Positions 12,678 through 26,477 of a stretch of 64,000 bases of DNA are shown piece after piece. The position numbers were made by a program, and so were the translations under genes. Each line of letters opens with the position of its first letter. Position 1 is the first letter of the stretch. Origin of the DNA: Laetmonice hystrix (Eukaryota); NCBI GenBank assembly GCA_965235115.1, contig OZ249446.1:8680001-8744000 (forward strand). Direction: 5' to 3'. The notes beneath the pieces are model-generated. The model did no database searches. It was given only the letters and a program-made list of their open reading frames with translations, and was not told the origin of the DNA.

Positions 12678-14779
12678 TACCTTGGACTTTATACATATAC
12701 AAGTAAGGGTTATACCCGATAACGTTGATCACAGATAAGGAATCAGGCTTGGGTTAGGTGAAGAGTCGATAGGACGGAGAGAGGGTGTAAGGGCGACTGG
12801 CGTACACGTCTAACTGATATGGCAACACCATTCGATCTACTCTATGGCAACGATACAGTGGACTAATATAAGAGTACAATGTACTTCATAAAGTTTCTCA
12901 TAAATCAATATGCAGTCGGGAACTTAGCAATTGAACATCACAATAAAGACAGATGTAACAATAGTACCATTGTCATAGCTATCAATTTTAGATGTCAGTG
13001 ATATTCTCTTGTCTGTTATTGTCTTGTATTGGCAGACTTTCAGATGAAAAGCGGCTTTCTTTAACTTGAATAACTACTTCTGTTCTAGACAAGGACGTAT
13101 TGGATGAAACTGTTACCATGACAACGATGGATGTTAACGGCGCCACTCGATCCTATCCCTGGTCAGGTAATGGTTTACCTGCATTTTACGTGACATCAAT
13201 ATCTTTGTTGTCTGCCCAGTCATTATATCCATACAAATAGCAAATTATAAAAGTTTTAATTTGCTACACGATCCAAATTGTCAAGCCTACAGTCCCGGCA
13301 ATGTCGGGCGTTGTAGTCACAGATCATATAACCCCATATATAAGGAGAAAAGAAACATATAATAGCCACAAACTAGAAGTATGTTACATAAGAGTATACA
13401 ATGACACTGCTGTTAAGCACAATATCCTCTTGAAGATGTGGTTACCCATTGACATGGCTGCAGGGATAGAATACCATCCTAGGATATTCTAGATTAACGA
13501 CACTCTTATTCCTCTTGACAACATCTCGCAACTACATCTTCCGTATGACTACACATCTTCATTCTCTCCTTTTTATCACAAGAATTACCAACATTTAATC
13601 TATTTATCCACTGAAGATAGCAAGTCACATCGTGGCTTTTTCCTTTTCAATCAAACTTTAAATTAGATTACCTTCCAAAGCACTTCATTTAAATGAACAG
13701 TAGGTTTAAGAAAACAGAGACTTGAGCGGAGATCTCGGATGACTCATTTAAACAGAAACAGGTATTACAGCGGTGTTAAAAATTCCATGATTACCAAACC
13801 CTTCTGGGGACTGTTTGGTTTAAAAATTATTTCGATTCCTTGTAAATAAACTTCTGTCACTCTCTGTTTCAATCAGAGCGTGTAGTCTTTCATCTTTTAA
13901 TTTCCATGTAAAAATCTACTGATCCTATCTGCATGGAATATTGCTATCTTTCTGTGAACCAATTAATTTCTCTATTTTATCATTAAATGAGACAAACTAA
14001 AACTGCATCTGCACGAGTTTAATCGAAGCCGGAGTTAATATTGCGGCCTTTTACTCCTTCAAATAACAGCTGAGCAGTTTTGGAATCTGCCAGGTTCTTT
14101 TCACACCACTGCAGTAGTGGCTAAAAAAAGAAATTAATGGATAACTTCATAAAGCGGACCAATGAACTGAAGAAAATGCCGCTGATTTTGTGTGGCTAAA
14201 ATTCGAGTAATGAGTTGGCGGATTGAATAGTGTGCCGGTTGAGTGATCCGTACGGGAGTCCGGGTGACCTTGCCAAGGTTTTTACCTGGTCGTCTGGTTT
14301 CTCTTCACACAGGGATCGTGGATTGATATTCACGGTGACTTTAACACAAGGCTGAGGTTCCACGACCTGTCTGTAAGCTCTCTGTCTGTCTGTCTGTCTG
14401 TGATTCTGTCTCCACCAGCTCTCGGCGCTGCTGGTCAGGGTTCGAACAATCTCCGCTCACAGCACACCACTGCCCCCTGGTGTCAACCACCAACATTAGC
14501 TGCGAACCTAACTCAGAGCTCTGGGCATGTGGTGACGTTTTGTTAACCGGTGTCTTAATTAATCCACCTCAACAAACACAGAAGTCAAAAAACCTTGCCT
14601 TCCAGTACGCTCAATAATAAGCATCTGTGGTATTTAGAACAGCCTGACTGCAAGTAGAAAACATCGCAAAACTGTGCGTTTTTCTTAGGGAATCTAAGTG
14701 TATCAATAGAGAATCCACTAAAGCCATTGTCATTGCGATTCTGCCATCGCCAACTTCTGTTTGTAGGGGCAGTACTCAC

Positions 14780-14949
14780 CTCACTGTTCCAGGTGGGGCT
14801 GGTAGTATTTGGTTGGATAGACGTCCGAGTCTCCTGGCCGTGATGGGTGAGGCGAGGGAAACTCGATCGTTTCCCGGGCTGGATCGACATCTTCACGTAC
14901 GGGTCAGGGTTGAAGAACATGCCCTTCTTCAAGTATTTGGAAGTCATGT
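14780..14949 (-). CDS. HECW: HECW-like E3 ligase exon, N-terminal half of C2 domain ([57 protein letters not shown])
   Basis: Acceptor TTGTGTTGTTTCAG| and donor GAG|GTGAGT. 170 nt, phase 1 to 0, joining the 4068 exon in frame. The [19 protein letters not shown]...HHGQE.R motif is diagnostic of HECW1/2. Confidence 0.96.
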
Positions 14950-15587
14950 CTGAAACAACACAAGCAGATACATACAATCAGACACCCGCTGAGCAGTACC
15001 CGTGGAGGAAACGTCTTGGATTAGCTGGAGGCTCTCGTGAAAACGAGGCAATCACTGCTTCCTCTGAAACTTGATCGCTCTAACTCTACACACACCGGCG
15101 ACCACTGGGACATGAAATCACTGGTTGCAGACGTTACGGATAGAAGCAATTTCCACGAGGAACCGACACCGACTTCTGGTAATGAGTAGTGTATCGTACA
15201 ATCTGACTCGTGCAAGAAGACACCGGGACATCGTTACACCTACACCCATCAGCTAGTACTCCACAGATCTGTTACCACAGATCTCTGCCTTCGCCTTATG
15301 ATGATAATAATGGCGGGATTTCAAGGGAAAGGATTCCATGTAAAACTGAGGCACCAACTGTTACCCAATCCCTTGCGATCTGAAATAAAGAAATAACCAC
15401 CTGAACTGTCGTCAAACTTCCACTTCAACTTCTCAATTTTAAAGTCACAGCAGCAGATATCATCAAATTCTTCATGTATGAGCAATTAAATGCAGACAGC
15501 AATCTGAGAGGACTTCTCTGATTATAGACCGAAGCGCAGGGTAAAACATTTGGCTCTCGCCAAGCTCCGATTGCAAACCAATTATAC

Positions 15588-17308
15588 AGACGTCACCTAT
15601 TGCCATCACTCTCCGTCCCAGTAAATTCACAGTCCATCTTCCCCTAAATCTATAAACGTACGACTCTTACTTCAGTTGGACCCAGAGATTTGGTCAGACG
15701 GATTCTGGACGATATCTCTCCGTACTGACGTCACCTATTGCCATCACTCTCTATCCCAGTACATTCACAGTCCATCGTCTCCTAAATCTATAAACGTACG
15801 ACTCTTACTTCAGTTGGACCCAGAGATTTGGTCAGACGGATTCTGGACGATATCTCTCCGTACTGACGTCACCTATTGCCATCACTCTCTATCCCAGTAC
15901 ATTCACAGTCTATCGTCCCCTAAATCTACAAACTCTTACTTCAGTTGGACCCAGAGATTTGGTCAGACAGATTCTGGACGATATCTCTCCGTACTGACGT
16001 CACCTATTGCCATCACTCTCTATCCCAGTACATTCACAGTCCATCTTCCCATAAATCTATAAACGTACGACTCTTACTTCAGTTGGACCCAGAGATTTGG
16101 TCAGACTCTGTCCGTACTGACGTCACCTATTGCCATCACTCTCTATCCCAGTAAATTCACAGTCCATCGTCTCCTAAATCTATAAACGTACGACTCTTAC
16201 TTCAGTTGGACCCAGAGATTTGGTCAGACGGATTCTGGACGATATCTCTCCGTACTGACGTCACCTATTGCCATCACTCTCTATCCCAGTACATTCAGAG
16301 TCCATCGTCTCCTAAATCTATAAACGTACGACTCTGACTTCAGTTGGACCCAGAGATTTGGTCAGACTCTGTCCGTACTGACGTCACCTATTGCCATCAC
16401 TCTCTATCCCAGTAAATTCACAGTCCATCGTCTCCTAAATCTATAAACGTACGACTCTTACTTCAGTTGGACCCAGAGATTTGGTCAGACGGATTCTGGA
16501 CGATATCTCTCCGTACTGACGTCACCTATTGCCATCACTCTCTATCCCAGTAAATTCACAGTCTATCGTCTCCTAAATCTATAAACGTACGACTCTGACT
16601 TCAGTTGGACCCAGAGATTTGGTCAGACTCTGTCCGTACTGACGTCACCTATTGCCATCACTCTCTATCCCAGTACATTCACAGTCCATCGTCTCCTAAA
16701 TCTATAAACGTACGACTCTTACTTCAGTTGGACCCAGAGATTTGGTCAGACGGATTCTGGACGTTATCTCTATGTACTGACGTCACCTCACGTAACTCTC
16801 TATCCCAGTAAATTCACAGTCTATCGTCTCCTAATAAATCTATAAACGTACGACTCTTACTTCAGTTGGACCCAGAGATTTGGTCAGACGGATTCTGGAC
16901 GATGTCTGTCCGTACTGACGTCACCTATTGCCATCACTCTCTATCCCAGTACATTCACAGTCTATCGTCTCCTAAATCTATAAACGTCCGACTCTTACTT
17001 CAGTTGGACCCAGAGATTTGGTCAGACTGTGTCCGTACTGACGTCACCTATTGCCATCACTCTCTATCCCAGTACATTCACAGTCCATCGTCTCCTAAAT
17101 CTACAAACTCTTACTTCAGTTGGACCCAGAGATTTGGTCAGACGGATTCTGGACGATGTCTGTCCGTACTGACGTCACCTATTGCCATCACTCTCTATCC
17201 CAGTACATTCACAGTCCATCGTCCCCTAAATCTACAAACTCTTACTTCAGTTGGACCCAGAGAATAGAGATTAGGTCAGACGGATTCTGGACGATGTCTT
17301 TCCGTACT
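15588..17308. repeat. Tandem repeat, about 120-140-bp unit (138-bp consensus), about 13 copies with indel variants; each full unit carries TGACGTCA
   Basis: CGTACTGACGTCACCTATTGCCATCACTCTCTATCCCAGT...CAGTTGGACCCAGAGATTTGGTCAGAC repeated. It explains ORFs 15676-17347. Confidence 0.97.
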
Positions 17309-19232
17309 TGGGGAATTGTTAGCAGTGACCCGGACATTATGACTTGACCTTCACTCCCAGATTGAGGGGTGTCAATCACAATAGTTAGCGGGTAACTGGT
17401 CCTGTCACTCCGCCTGCCTACTAATTATACCCAACTGACCTAAAACAAGCCTAATCAGGTGTACATCAAAGGTATAGAGTAGGCACACCTGTAGACAACA
17501 TAGAGTTGGAGAAAACACCTGCATATATATGCTACCCACTTCCCGCAACGCTTGCCATCGGCTTTAGCTTTATGGGAGTGACTTTAACTTCCTCATCATA
17601 CTCGATATCATATGCGTTGCATTCAAAATATTTCCCTAAAACACAGATTTTCTTCTAGTTCTCTAACTCCGAGAGCTTTTCCCAGGCGATATAAGGATCA
17701 AAGTAACCTGAGTGCCAGAGACTGAGATGGCAGATAACATAATGACGGGTTGTCGCCCTGTGAGCTATAGTTCCAGCCGGCAGTTCGTGTCGTGATAACT
17801 TACATCGTGCGCACGTTATGATAACACTGTAACATGGCCGCTACAGCATCTGGACCCCTCCCCCCTTACCGCCTGCTCAATATGTCTGAAATCAAAGCGT
17901 TCGCTGACAAAGGCTGGAAACAATGCCGTTTTACCGTCAATACACCGCCTGACAACCACCTGAAGGAGGCTTGGGATACTCCGCCAGGCCAAGGTCAAAA
18001 GGTCCATTACTGCCGCTCTCGAAGGTCAGAGTTGAAAGCAATTCACATGGATTGGCAAAATGTGAAACAACATGCTAAGCATTTCTGATCTATTCTTTTC
18101 ATGTAAGCGCTTTGAATATTCACACAAAGACCTAGGAAATGCATCAATATTGAAACAGCCCCCAGACGTCACCCCGTCACGCATGGCCGGGTCGGGGGTC
18201 AGAGGTCATCGACAAACATTGTCCAGTTTATTGCACATATTTTTCACAGCCTCGAGTGGATTCGTAATTTGCATGTTAGCCATGTTCAAAGGTTTCTTGG
18301 CTACTGGTCAGATCTCTGAACTGTCTCTTCCTGCAGTCCCTGGTCTTTCCACCCTGGACGCCCTCTTCACCCCGACCGTGGGGTTACACGCCCCACAATA
18401 CCCGCTGCCCTTTCCCACATTTCGCAACAGTTAAGCCCAGTTTCCTGGGGCTGAAGTGGAGGTGGCCCATGTATAGCTCCCAGCCCGACACTTTATTTCT
18501 TCAATGTGCCCATTCAAATCATTTGGTTATGTTACATTCTTTATTTAACACGCTTCAAAGCTTTATACAATTGTCATTCTACTTAGCTGGCCATCGACAG
18601 TATCAATTTGGCCTACGTCCAAGGTTTCTTTTACCCTCTGTGCAACCCCTAACCGTGACGATATTCAGTTCGACAGGTACTAGCTCCTCCGTAACGGTAA
18701 CTAAACATCATCATATTAACCAAACCTTCCGACACATTACTACTTACATGGTGACACAAATCCACGCAAGTAAACCTCAATGACACAAGAACAGCGATTT
18801 TCAATATTAAGTGCCCATGAGGAGGATATAATGATTATGTTTTTGTTAATCGAGTTTAATACCTTTGTTCAAACTGCAACCACCAAACATACATTTACAA
18901 ACGTCCTATTTCATTCATAAGCTGACAAAGATCAGTCCAGCGGCAGTGACCCCTAGCTTACCTCCAGATATATATACAATATCTTCTAAGAGAAGTCCCC
19001 GACAGAGATCCCCCCCCCCCCCGCTTTTTTTAACCCAGGTCAGCGGTGGCGACCCGGCGACCTGGGGACAAGGCTGGCTTGCGACACATTCTAGAGATAG
19101 CTGTGGTCAATTAGAGACAGTGGACGACAGAGACGACTGGTTCGTACAGCCAGGAGGCATGTCGCAGGGTCGTGGGATGGGGGGCCACCTGTGACATGGC
19201 GGCCGGCGTACGACCGACAGCCCTGAGAAAAC

Positions 19233-19546
19233 TCGGACCCCGGCCGGTGGAACACCCCCCCCCCCCCCCGACCGACACACCCAGTCATACTCGGACCCCG
19301 GCCGGTGGACCCCCCCCCCCCCCCGACCGACACACCCAGTCATACTCGGACCCCGGCCGGTGGAACACCCCCCCCCCCGACCGACACACTGTGTAATACT
19401 TGTGTCACCCCCCCTCCGGCCGACGCACTGTGTCATACTTGTGTCACACTCGGACCCCGGCCTCCACCCCGACCGACACACTGTGTCATACTTGTGTCAC
19501 CCCCCCCCCTCCGGCCGACGCACTGTGTCATACTTGTGTCACACTC
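19233..19546. repeat. C-rich mosaic tandem repeat (ACTCGGACCCCGGCCGGTGGA-Cn-GACCGACACAC and CTGTGTCATACTTGTGTCAC modules)
   Basis: Two modules alternate with variable poly-C runs. Confidence 0.88.
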
Positions 19547-20303
19547 CCTTTGAAGACGTCCTGTCTTTGAACCCGTGCTGGCCGACCAGATTGGATGGGG
19601 TAGGGACAAACGGTGACCTGGTTCCCGCGACCTCTCTCATAATACCCCAGGTAGACTACCCTATCGTCTGCGGATATATATATATATATATCACCTTCAG
19701 GATGGTTCGTGTTCAAGTCGGCAGTGCATGAAATTGTTTGGTATGAAAAAAAACAAAGACAAGGCCCTCCACGAAATGACAATACGCCACACAAACTGAT
19801 TACAATAGAGTATACTAATTCTCAGCGTTATTCATAGTGAATCTAACCGAAAAGTGGGGGGGGGGGGGGCTGAGGTCCTTAGGTCAAGGTCAGGCAAGGA
19901 CATGTGTTTGGAGGGGGGGGGGGCGCTATAATTACAGGTAACAACGGAGCCCACGGGGGAGGTGTCGGTGGCTATACGTATCCTGGGGTTAATCCCCGCC
20001 ATCAACAATAGAGTTCTCAAATACTCTCTCACAATCCACTTCAGACAAGGTCATATTTTTCTAATCAGTGCCAGTACAGCAATCTGATACCATAATCTTG
20101 ACCTATTTTCCTCTTCGCTTTCTATTCAAGCTCTATAAGTTCTCCTCAAGTTCCTTTCATCCGCCATCTTTATTATCGTCATGACGATAAACGTGATAAA
20201 CGTAATGACCGATTTCTTATAATGTTTTTGACTTGTGACCCGGCATGCTGTACTTTACGAGACAACAGGAACACACGTGTTACCAAACTGTCCGTTAATG
20301 ACT

Positions 20304-20464
20304 TACACAAGCAACATGTGTACAATATACATGTCCTCCCGCTTGTCAAACTCTCCAGGAACCAGGTAATTTGGTTTCTACTCCTACACAACCAACATGT
20401 GTACAATATACATGTCCTCCCGCTTGTCAAACTCTCCAGGAACCAGGTAATTTGGTTTCTACTC
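20304..20464. repeat. Direct tandem duplication, 81 bp x2
   Basis: TACACAAGCAACATGTGTACAATATACATGTCCTCCCGCTTGTCAAACTCTCCAGGAACCAGGTAATTTGGTTTCTACTC at 20304 and 20385, nearly identical. Confidence 0.93.
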
Positions 20465-23400
20465 TGTGAAGGTTCTCTTACGTACAACGTCAACTCCTTG
20501 TCACACAGAACCTACAAGGAGTTCCACCACAAGTCTGTCTGCAGGTCTAAATTCAGAGCACATGGTACATTGTAAATAATTTATCGCAATTCTCGTCTTT
20601 TCAACTCTCTGAAAACGCTGACTTGAGCAAACTTTCACAACATTTAGTTAAGAAGCCCTGACACAATTAAGTCCCCTCGACTCGGTACTTAATTGCCCGC
20701 CTTAAAGAGCGTCCCCCATTTATTGTCGACTGTCGCTGTTAAGTCGTAAATGAAGAGCCCGACACGTTCACCCTGGGACCTCGTCTTGTCCGAGTCCCTT
20801 TACGACAGATGTGCTCTCGTGAAACACCATTCGTCGGACGTCAATTTTTAATGGAGTCGTGAAAACAAAAATTGTACCATGAAACGTTGTTTACTTCGTC
20901 ATGACTAATGGAAGAGCGGGTGCCAGACTGTAGTTTTGAAGGCCCTCCCTGGGAGCAGAGGCCACCGAGCACTGTGAGCACTGAGCACTCGGAGGTCCCA
21001 CACCACTCTACGTGAAGCAGTCTCCATAATGTGGTCCTTTTCATGCCCACTCTATAGCCTTCCGTTATATACAAACCGAACATGAACTCGAGATAGCTGG
21101 TATTCATATTAGATATGGCTACATCTGCCAGGTCCTAGGGACTCTAAACCGCTGGGAAATGTTACAGGGCCGGTATCAAAACATCAGTAGGTGTAGGGTC
21201 TAAGGATGGTACAGTACGAAGTTGTATAAGACGGTGCCAGGCTGGGCTGCCAGTCAACAGCAGGTGTTTTCTTGGCGGGTATCCTAATAGTAAACTGCGT
21301 CACAAGTCTCAAGTCTCTGGTGGGTAGGGGGTGGGGTTAGACAGGGAGGGGGGTGTCATTAAGCACTGTGGGGGCTGCTGATTGCCACCTGGGTTGTCAA
21401 GGGTACAGAAACACTTCACCTGGGGGGTTACAGATATGGGGGTTTAATACGCCTAATAACCCCTGATGTAATTCAAGTCTAAAAAGCCACTTGAACCTTT
21501 AATAGGGTACAATCACACGGGTTTGGCGGGGCTGAATTTTCATGAAACTGATTTAATGAGGGACACCGACAGTGATGTAACAAAAGGCCCCTGCCATTCG
21601 CCAGGCCCTTCTCCTGTCATTAATTACAAAGGCACCACTTTTTCCAATTCCACAGAACAACGGATTTTTTAAGGGGCAACATGCGTGCAAAAATACAGGG
21701 TGTTATGTAAGCTTAGATTATAGGTGCTTACAATGGGTTTTTACATGAGAGGCAGTGCTGTGATAATGGCTGTGGAATAGAAACGTCCCCTGGCTGCATA
21801 TCGACCCTGATAGAGTCTGCAGATGAAACAAGCCGACTGATAACTGATGGTAATGTACTAACTAATGATTGAATGCTGGCGTGTGAGAGTAAATCCTGCT
21901 GCAGCACAGGTAACCTGTCATTGATTCCAAAACGTTAAGTCTGGTCAGGGAAACGTTACGATACCATACAACCGTAAATCACATGTAGGTCATGATAATA
22001 ATCAAATCATAGATATTATCAAGCTAAGAGAGTAATATCAAATATATGTACCGACTGATAGCCTCAAAGATGGGCATAACTACTATTGTAATAGTGTATA
22101 AACGAAATCAGAACTGTCATAATAACATTTCCGTATCAAACCTATTGTAGGTATGAAGATGGAAGGTTAGCCCTAGCTTCCCACCAGCCTGGGGCCAGGT
22201 GCACCTAACCCCCATTCCTCTAGCAATCAGCCGGCGTCAACACATTTTGACAACCCCTCAAATATCCTTTTGTTAGCTCCAATGAACCACTAACCACCCC
22301 CACTTTCCTTCACATAAATAATGAGACCTAAGGTGATGTCGAGGCTGTGCAGCACTGGGCTGTGCAGTCCGGGGCCAACTTTCCATGCTGGCCCGGCCGA
22401 GCCAGGCGGGCGGGTGGAGCAACGGCCAGAATGACTAACGTGTGACTTCTCCCTCAACTCTGAACCGGGGGTTACTGGTTGTAGAGGAGGTGGAAGAGTT
22501 GACAATAGTTGACCTTAGACGTTCACGAGATGACACCTGGACTGTGACGTGTCCTCAGTGCCCCAGAGACAATCACGCTCCAACCTTTTGTAATTGTCCT
22601 GACTTTGGTCCTCTTCCCGCCAAGGACCAAAGTCAGGTGACATCCGAGGTTCTGCGGGAGGCTGGCTGCAGCTGGTCCAGCTCGGCGACACGCGACAAAT
22701 TTAATTAAACATCCGTTTGAAATAACCTGACAATTCCGGGCCACGGATACCGGCCGGCCCGCGGGGAGATCTAACTCTCAACTTCCGTATCGGAACATGT
22801 CTAGTAATGCCCTCGATAACACATCCAAATAGATTTTCCCGGCAAAACAACGCTCAGCGCAGACAATCTAATGAAATGAAGCACTTGAGAAAACAGCAGT
22901 GGGAGTGGGATGGACGATGTTATCCGTGCCCAAGTTATACCAGGCCCACGGGGAACTTGGGAGGCGTGACCTCCGGCCACATGGTCTCCACAGTGATGAT
23001 ACAATCGGAGATAATTAAGGCTTTACGTGAGTCGGGTCTGCCCAACCTCCGTGCCTCCTGCAGTGTTACATGGGGCCTCCTACCAACCACCTCTTTCAAT
23101 ACGAGCCTCCTGCCTGTTTAAACTTTAACAGCCTCCTGCTTTCGTTGGAAGCCTCTTGCTGACTGCTGGATGGCTCTCACTAACTCCTTGTCTCATGCAT
23201 GAAATCATTCCACATCACGGTTAGTACCGTTACAACTTTCCCATATCGTTTTGAGTTACATATAGCACCTGGCTACTCCACCATTCCTTCAATTGCTTAT
23301 CAAAAACAGTAGGAAGTAGCCTACCCATTCTATTACCCAATACTTATCTGTGTCACAATCCAGCGATGTTGCATAATCGCAATACTACCCCCCCCCCCCC

Positions 23401-24909
23401 CACTGCCACCCCCACACTATGGGCGGAATAAGGATCACTGCTAGTTCTGATTACTACTGGTGATGTTACGTAGAATTACCCGCCCCCCATGATATCCCGG
23501 CAAAACTGAGAAACTATTTTCTTGCGATCCAATAGCAATAAATGAATCAACGCAGCGCGGATGTTCGCGATACAATAAGATATTTTTATCGTTTTCACCT
23601 GACGAATTTACGGACGCGCCCTGACAGTCGCATTATTATTTACGGACTCAGATCCGTCAGATTAGGTCGAACTGATCGTGAATGTCAAAAGTCATTAACG
23701 GTAAAAAAGAATAATACAACCTGGCATTACCAGAAAGACATAAAAATTTAAAGGGGCACGTTATGATATAACAGTGGCATCCAATTAGTACACAGCAGAC
23801 CGTTAAATTTAATTGCTACACTACAACAGAAAAGTGCATCATTATCGGAAAACCATTTTACCAAAACTCCACTCTAAATATGAGCCACAAATATTACAAT
23901 GCAAACTCCCAATACTAATGGCATACCTGAATAAAACAGTATTGAGATCATAATAGGCTATTTTCGTTTATTCCTCACATGAACAATTCAAATGGACCTC
24001 AGCCATGTTCTTCCTGATCTAATTACTGATTTCCAACATTAGTTTCAGCTGCCATTGTTTCTCCCCCTTAAGTGTAATAATGGGGCAGAATTCAACCTTT
24101 GACCTCATAATTGGAGCGCCAGTCATGTGATCATTGCTATCTGTGGACGCCAGGCACGTGACAAATCACGTGACAACTTTACCCAATGATTAACAAGGAT
24201 TAATGCTTAATGAAAGACGATTACCCACGGTCGTCCGATTTTTCACCTGACAAACTTCTCATAGCAGATGATAATTTAAACTTCACCTACATGGTTAGAT
24301 TTATCGCTGTAGCATTATTTGCCTACCGTAATCATGAAATGTACACGGTAAATAGGTTCACGTTAAAACGTGGAGGTTTATTTACTCAGCACCATGATAC
24401 AGTGATCAAAGAATTATAATGACGGCGTGGGTGGCCGCTCGAAAATCGATACCACGGTTATCAGAAAACACTGGTACCGCCTAGATTTGTTCCTCCCAAT
24501 TCATCTCCGTCTACCACGTGGAAACGTTCCCAGTGGAGGAAGGAAACGCTACATCATTACCAAGCTTCAAAAGAATCTCACCAAACATGGCCACTGTCTC
24601 CAACAAAAACTATCTTCCATTTTCACGTCAGTGAATTTCCAACGGCTGCACATTGCGCGCCAAGTTGGTTGAACGCGCTGAGAGTTACCATATATTTAGC
24701 GCAAGTCAACATGTCAATAACATTTTAAAACCCTGGATTCTAAAATAAACTGACAGACACTGGATTTCGAGGGCGACCTTCCGTACTTGAAGAACGCGTG
24801 CTTTGTTACCAAAGGTCACGAGAGTGAAGCAGAAGGTCGCTACACCGGAGGAATAATTTTCCACACCACGTCCGTGGTCACTACGAGTATGTCTGGACAC
24901 AGACAGCAG

Positions 24910-25482
24910 GGCCCGGTTTCTCGAAACATCTCAAGGATTTTTGAGAACGTATGCTCAACTGGCGTGCTCAATGGCGTACTCAGCGGTTCTTAGCCGTTTC
25001 TCCAAGCATCTCAGGCTTGAGAACCCGTTCTCAACTCTAGACAATGCAAGATTCTATTACGTCACTGATGACAATGAACGACGTCACTGACGACAATGAA
25101 CGACGTCACTGGTGACAATAGATTACGTCACAATAACAATAAGTGTGTCAAGTTGTCTGCTGGCGCGTATTTTTATACACGACTTGCAAAATGTTCCTGC
25201 CGACTTTTGCGGTCGTTTTTTCACATTATTATTTCACAAAGACACTCATGAGGGGCAAAGTTGGGAAAGGAAGGAAGAGGGCTGCTAACTGGAGTGTGAA
25301 AGATGAGTTAATTTTAATTTTAGATGATGGTGCTCAGAGTTGAGCATGCTATGGTAGCATGCTCAGAATCAGGCCGTTGAGCACATGCTTAAGTACGTGA
25401 AAAAGTTTCGAGAAACGCCTCCGTGCTCAATTTGAGCATAAGGTACTTAAGTACGCCTTGAGATGTTTCGAGAAACCGGGCC
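24910..25482. mobile_element. PIF/Harbinger-type MITE (non-autonomous DNA transposon), about 573 bp
   Basis: Perfect 27-bp TIRs GGCCCGGTTTCTCGAAACATCTCAAGG / CCTTGAGATGTTTCGAGAAACCGGGCC, flanked by CAG and CAT (CWG-type 3-bp TSD, one mismatch). No internal ORF; internal 21-bp repeats at about 25057-25130. Superfamily assigned from terminus and TSD style only. Confidence 0.8.
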
Positions 25483-26337
25483 CATGCAGCTCTGACCATC
25501 TGTGCCTAATGAGCCTCGATGGTAATTAGCCCGTGATGTAAATTACGGGGTGTTGCGCCGCCTCCCGCCCTCCTCCCCTAACACAAGCCCCCATGTCCCC
25601 GATGACTACACACATGCACAATGAGACATGCCGATTTTATCGACCACCCTAGATTCATTAAATTTAACCGATGCAATCTGGGGTTGGAGTCATCTCACAA
25701 AAACGATGTAGCGATAAGAGCCAATTTCGAGGGCGATAAAAATCTCAGGGCCATGCAAGGCTCCCTGGCACCCCGCTGTCAAATACCAGTCCGTGCGCCG
25801 ACTGGCTTGAATGGTCAGTTACAGGTAATACTTTGGACATTTCACACCTGGTTCATACAATAGATGACCGGTCGATGTCGCGCGGTCCCGCCCGTCATTA
25901 CTCCGCCGGACTGTATTAGCAGGCCCTCAGTGTGACGTGACGTTTTTCAACTGTTGACCGGCATGACTTGCGCGCTCGGCCGGGTAAATTGGACAGGAAA
26001 TGAAGTAGATTGGACGGAGAATGACATGATGGGAAGCAGTAATACCAGTAATATAAGTACCAGGTAGTTTAACTCTCCACCAGGTGTTCGTCCACTACCG
26101 TCACTCACTTCCCTGTACTTCAAACTGGGACACTTTCTTCCTCTCTCCCTAACAGGTCTTTAAAAATCTATACCTGATACTGTAGTACCCAATTCATCAA
26201 TTCATATCCTTTTTGCATGATTTCTTTTATGGAATGCTGCTCTCATCTGATGTTCTCTAAGACCCATTCTCTCGACACAGAACATTAGACTTGGCTAAAC
26301 GTGGACCTCAAGTTCACAATAACATGGGCAGAACCAG

Positions 26338-26477
26338 GGGCCGGTTTCTCAGTCACATTTGAGACCCCCAAATAGTCACCGTCCTTACATAACCGTTTGT
26401 TTCTGACAGGCAGTTGAACAGATCTTTCATGCCCCAAGTTAGGCAAGGGGCTTGCCCAACGATTGATAAACCGGTCC
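26338..26477. mobile_element. Small PIF/Harbinger-type MITE, 140 bp
   Basis: TIRs GGGCCGGTTTCTCA / TGATAAACCGGTCC (12/14 match) with CAG on both sides (26335-26337 and 26478-26480). The terminus resembles that of the 24910 element. Confidence 0.6.

Noticed and set aside
14425-14485. tRNA or tRNA-derived SINE head (GGTTCGAAC B-box-like); similar motifs near 7080 and 33280
   Set aside because: No A-box at the proper spacing and no cloverleaf could be built.
17834-18434. Plus-strand ORF pair; MSEIKAFADKGWKQ faintly recalls the C-terminus of Polinton packaging ATPases
   Set aside because: Similarity covers about 14 aa, with no Walker motifs or other Polinton genes.
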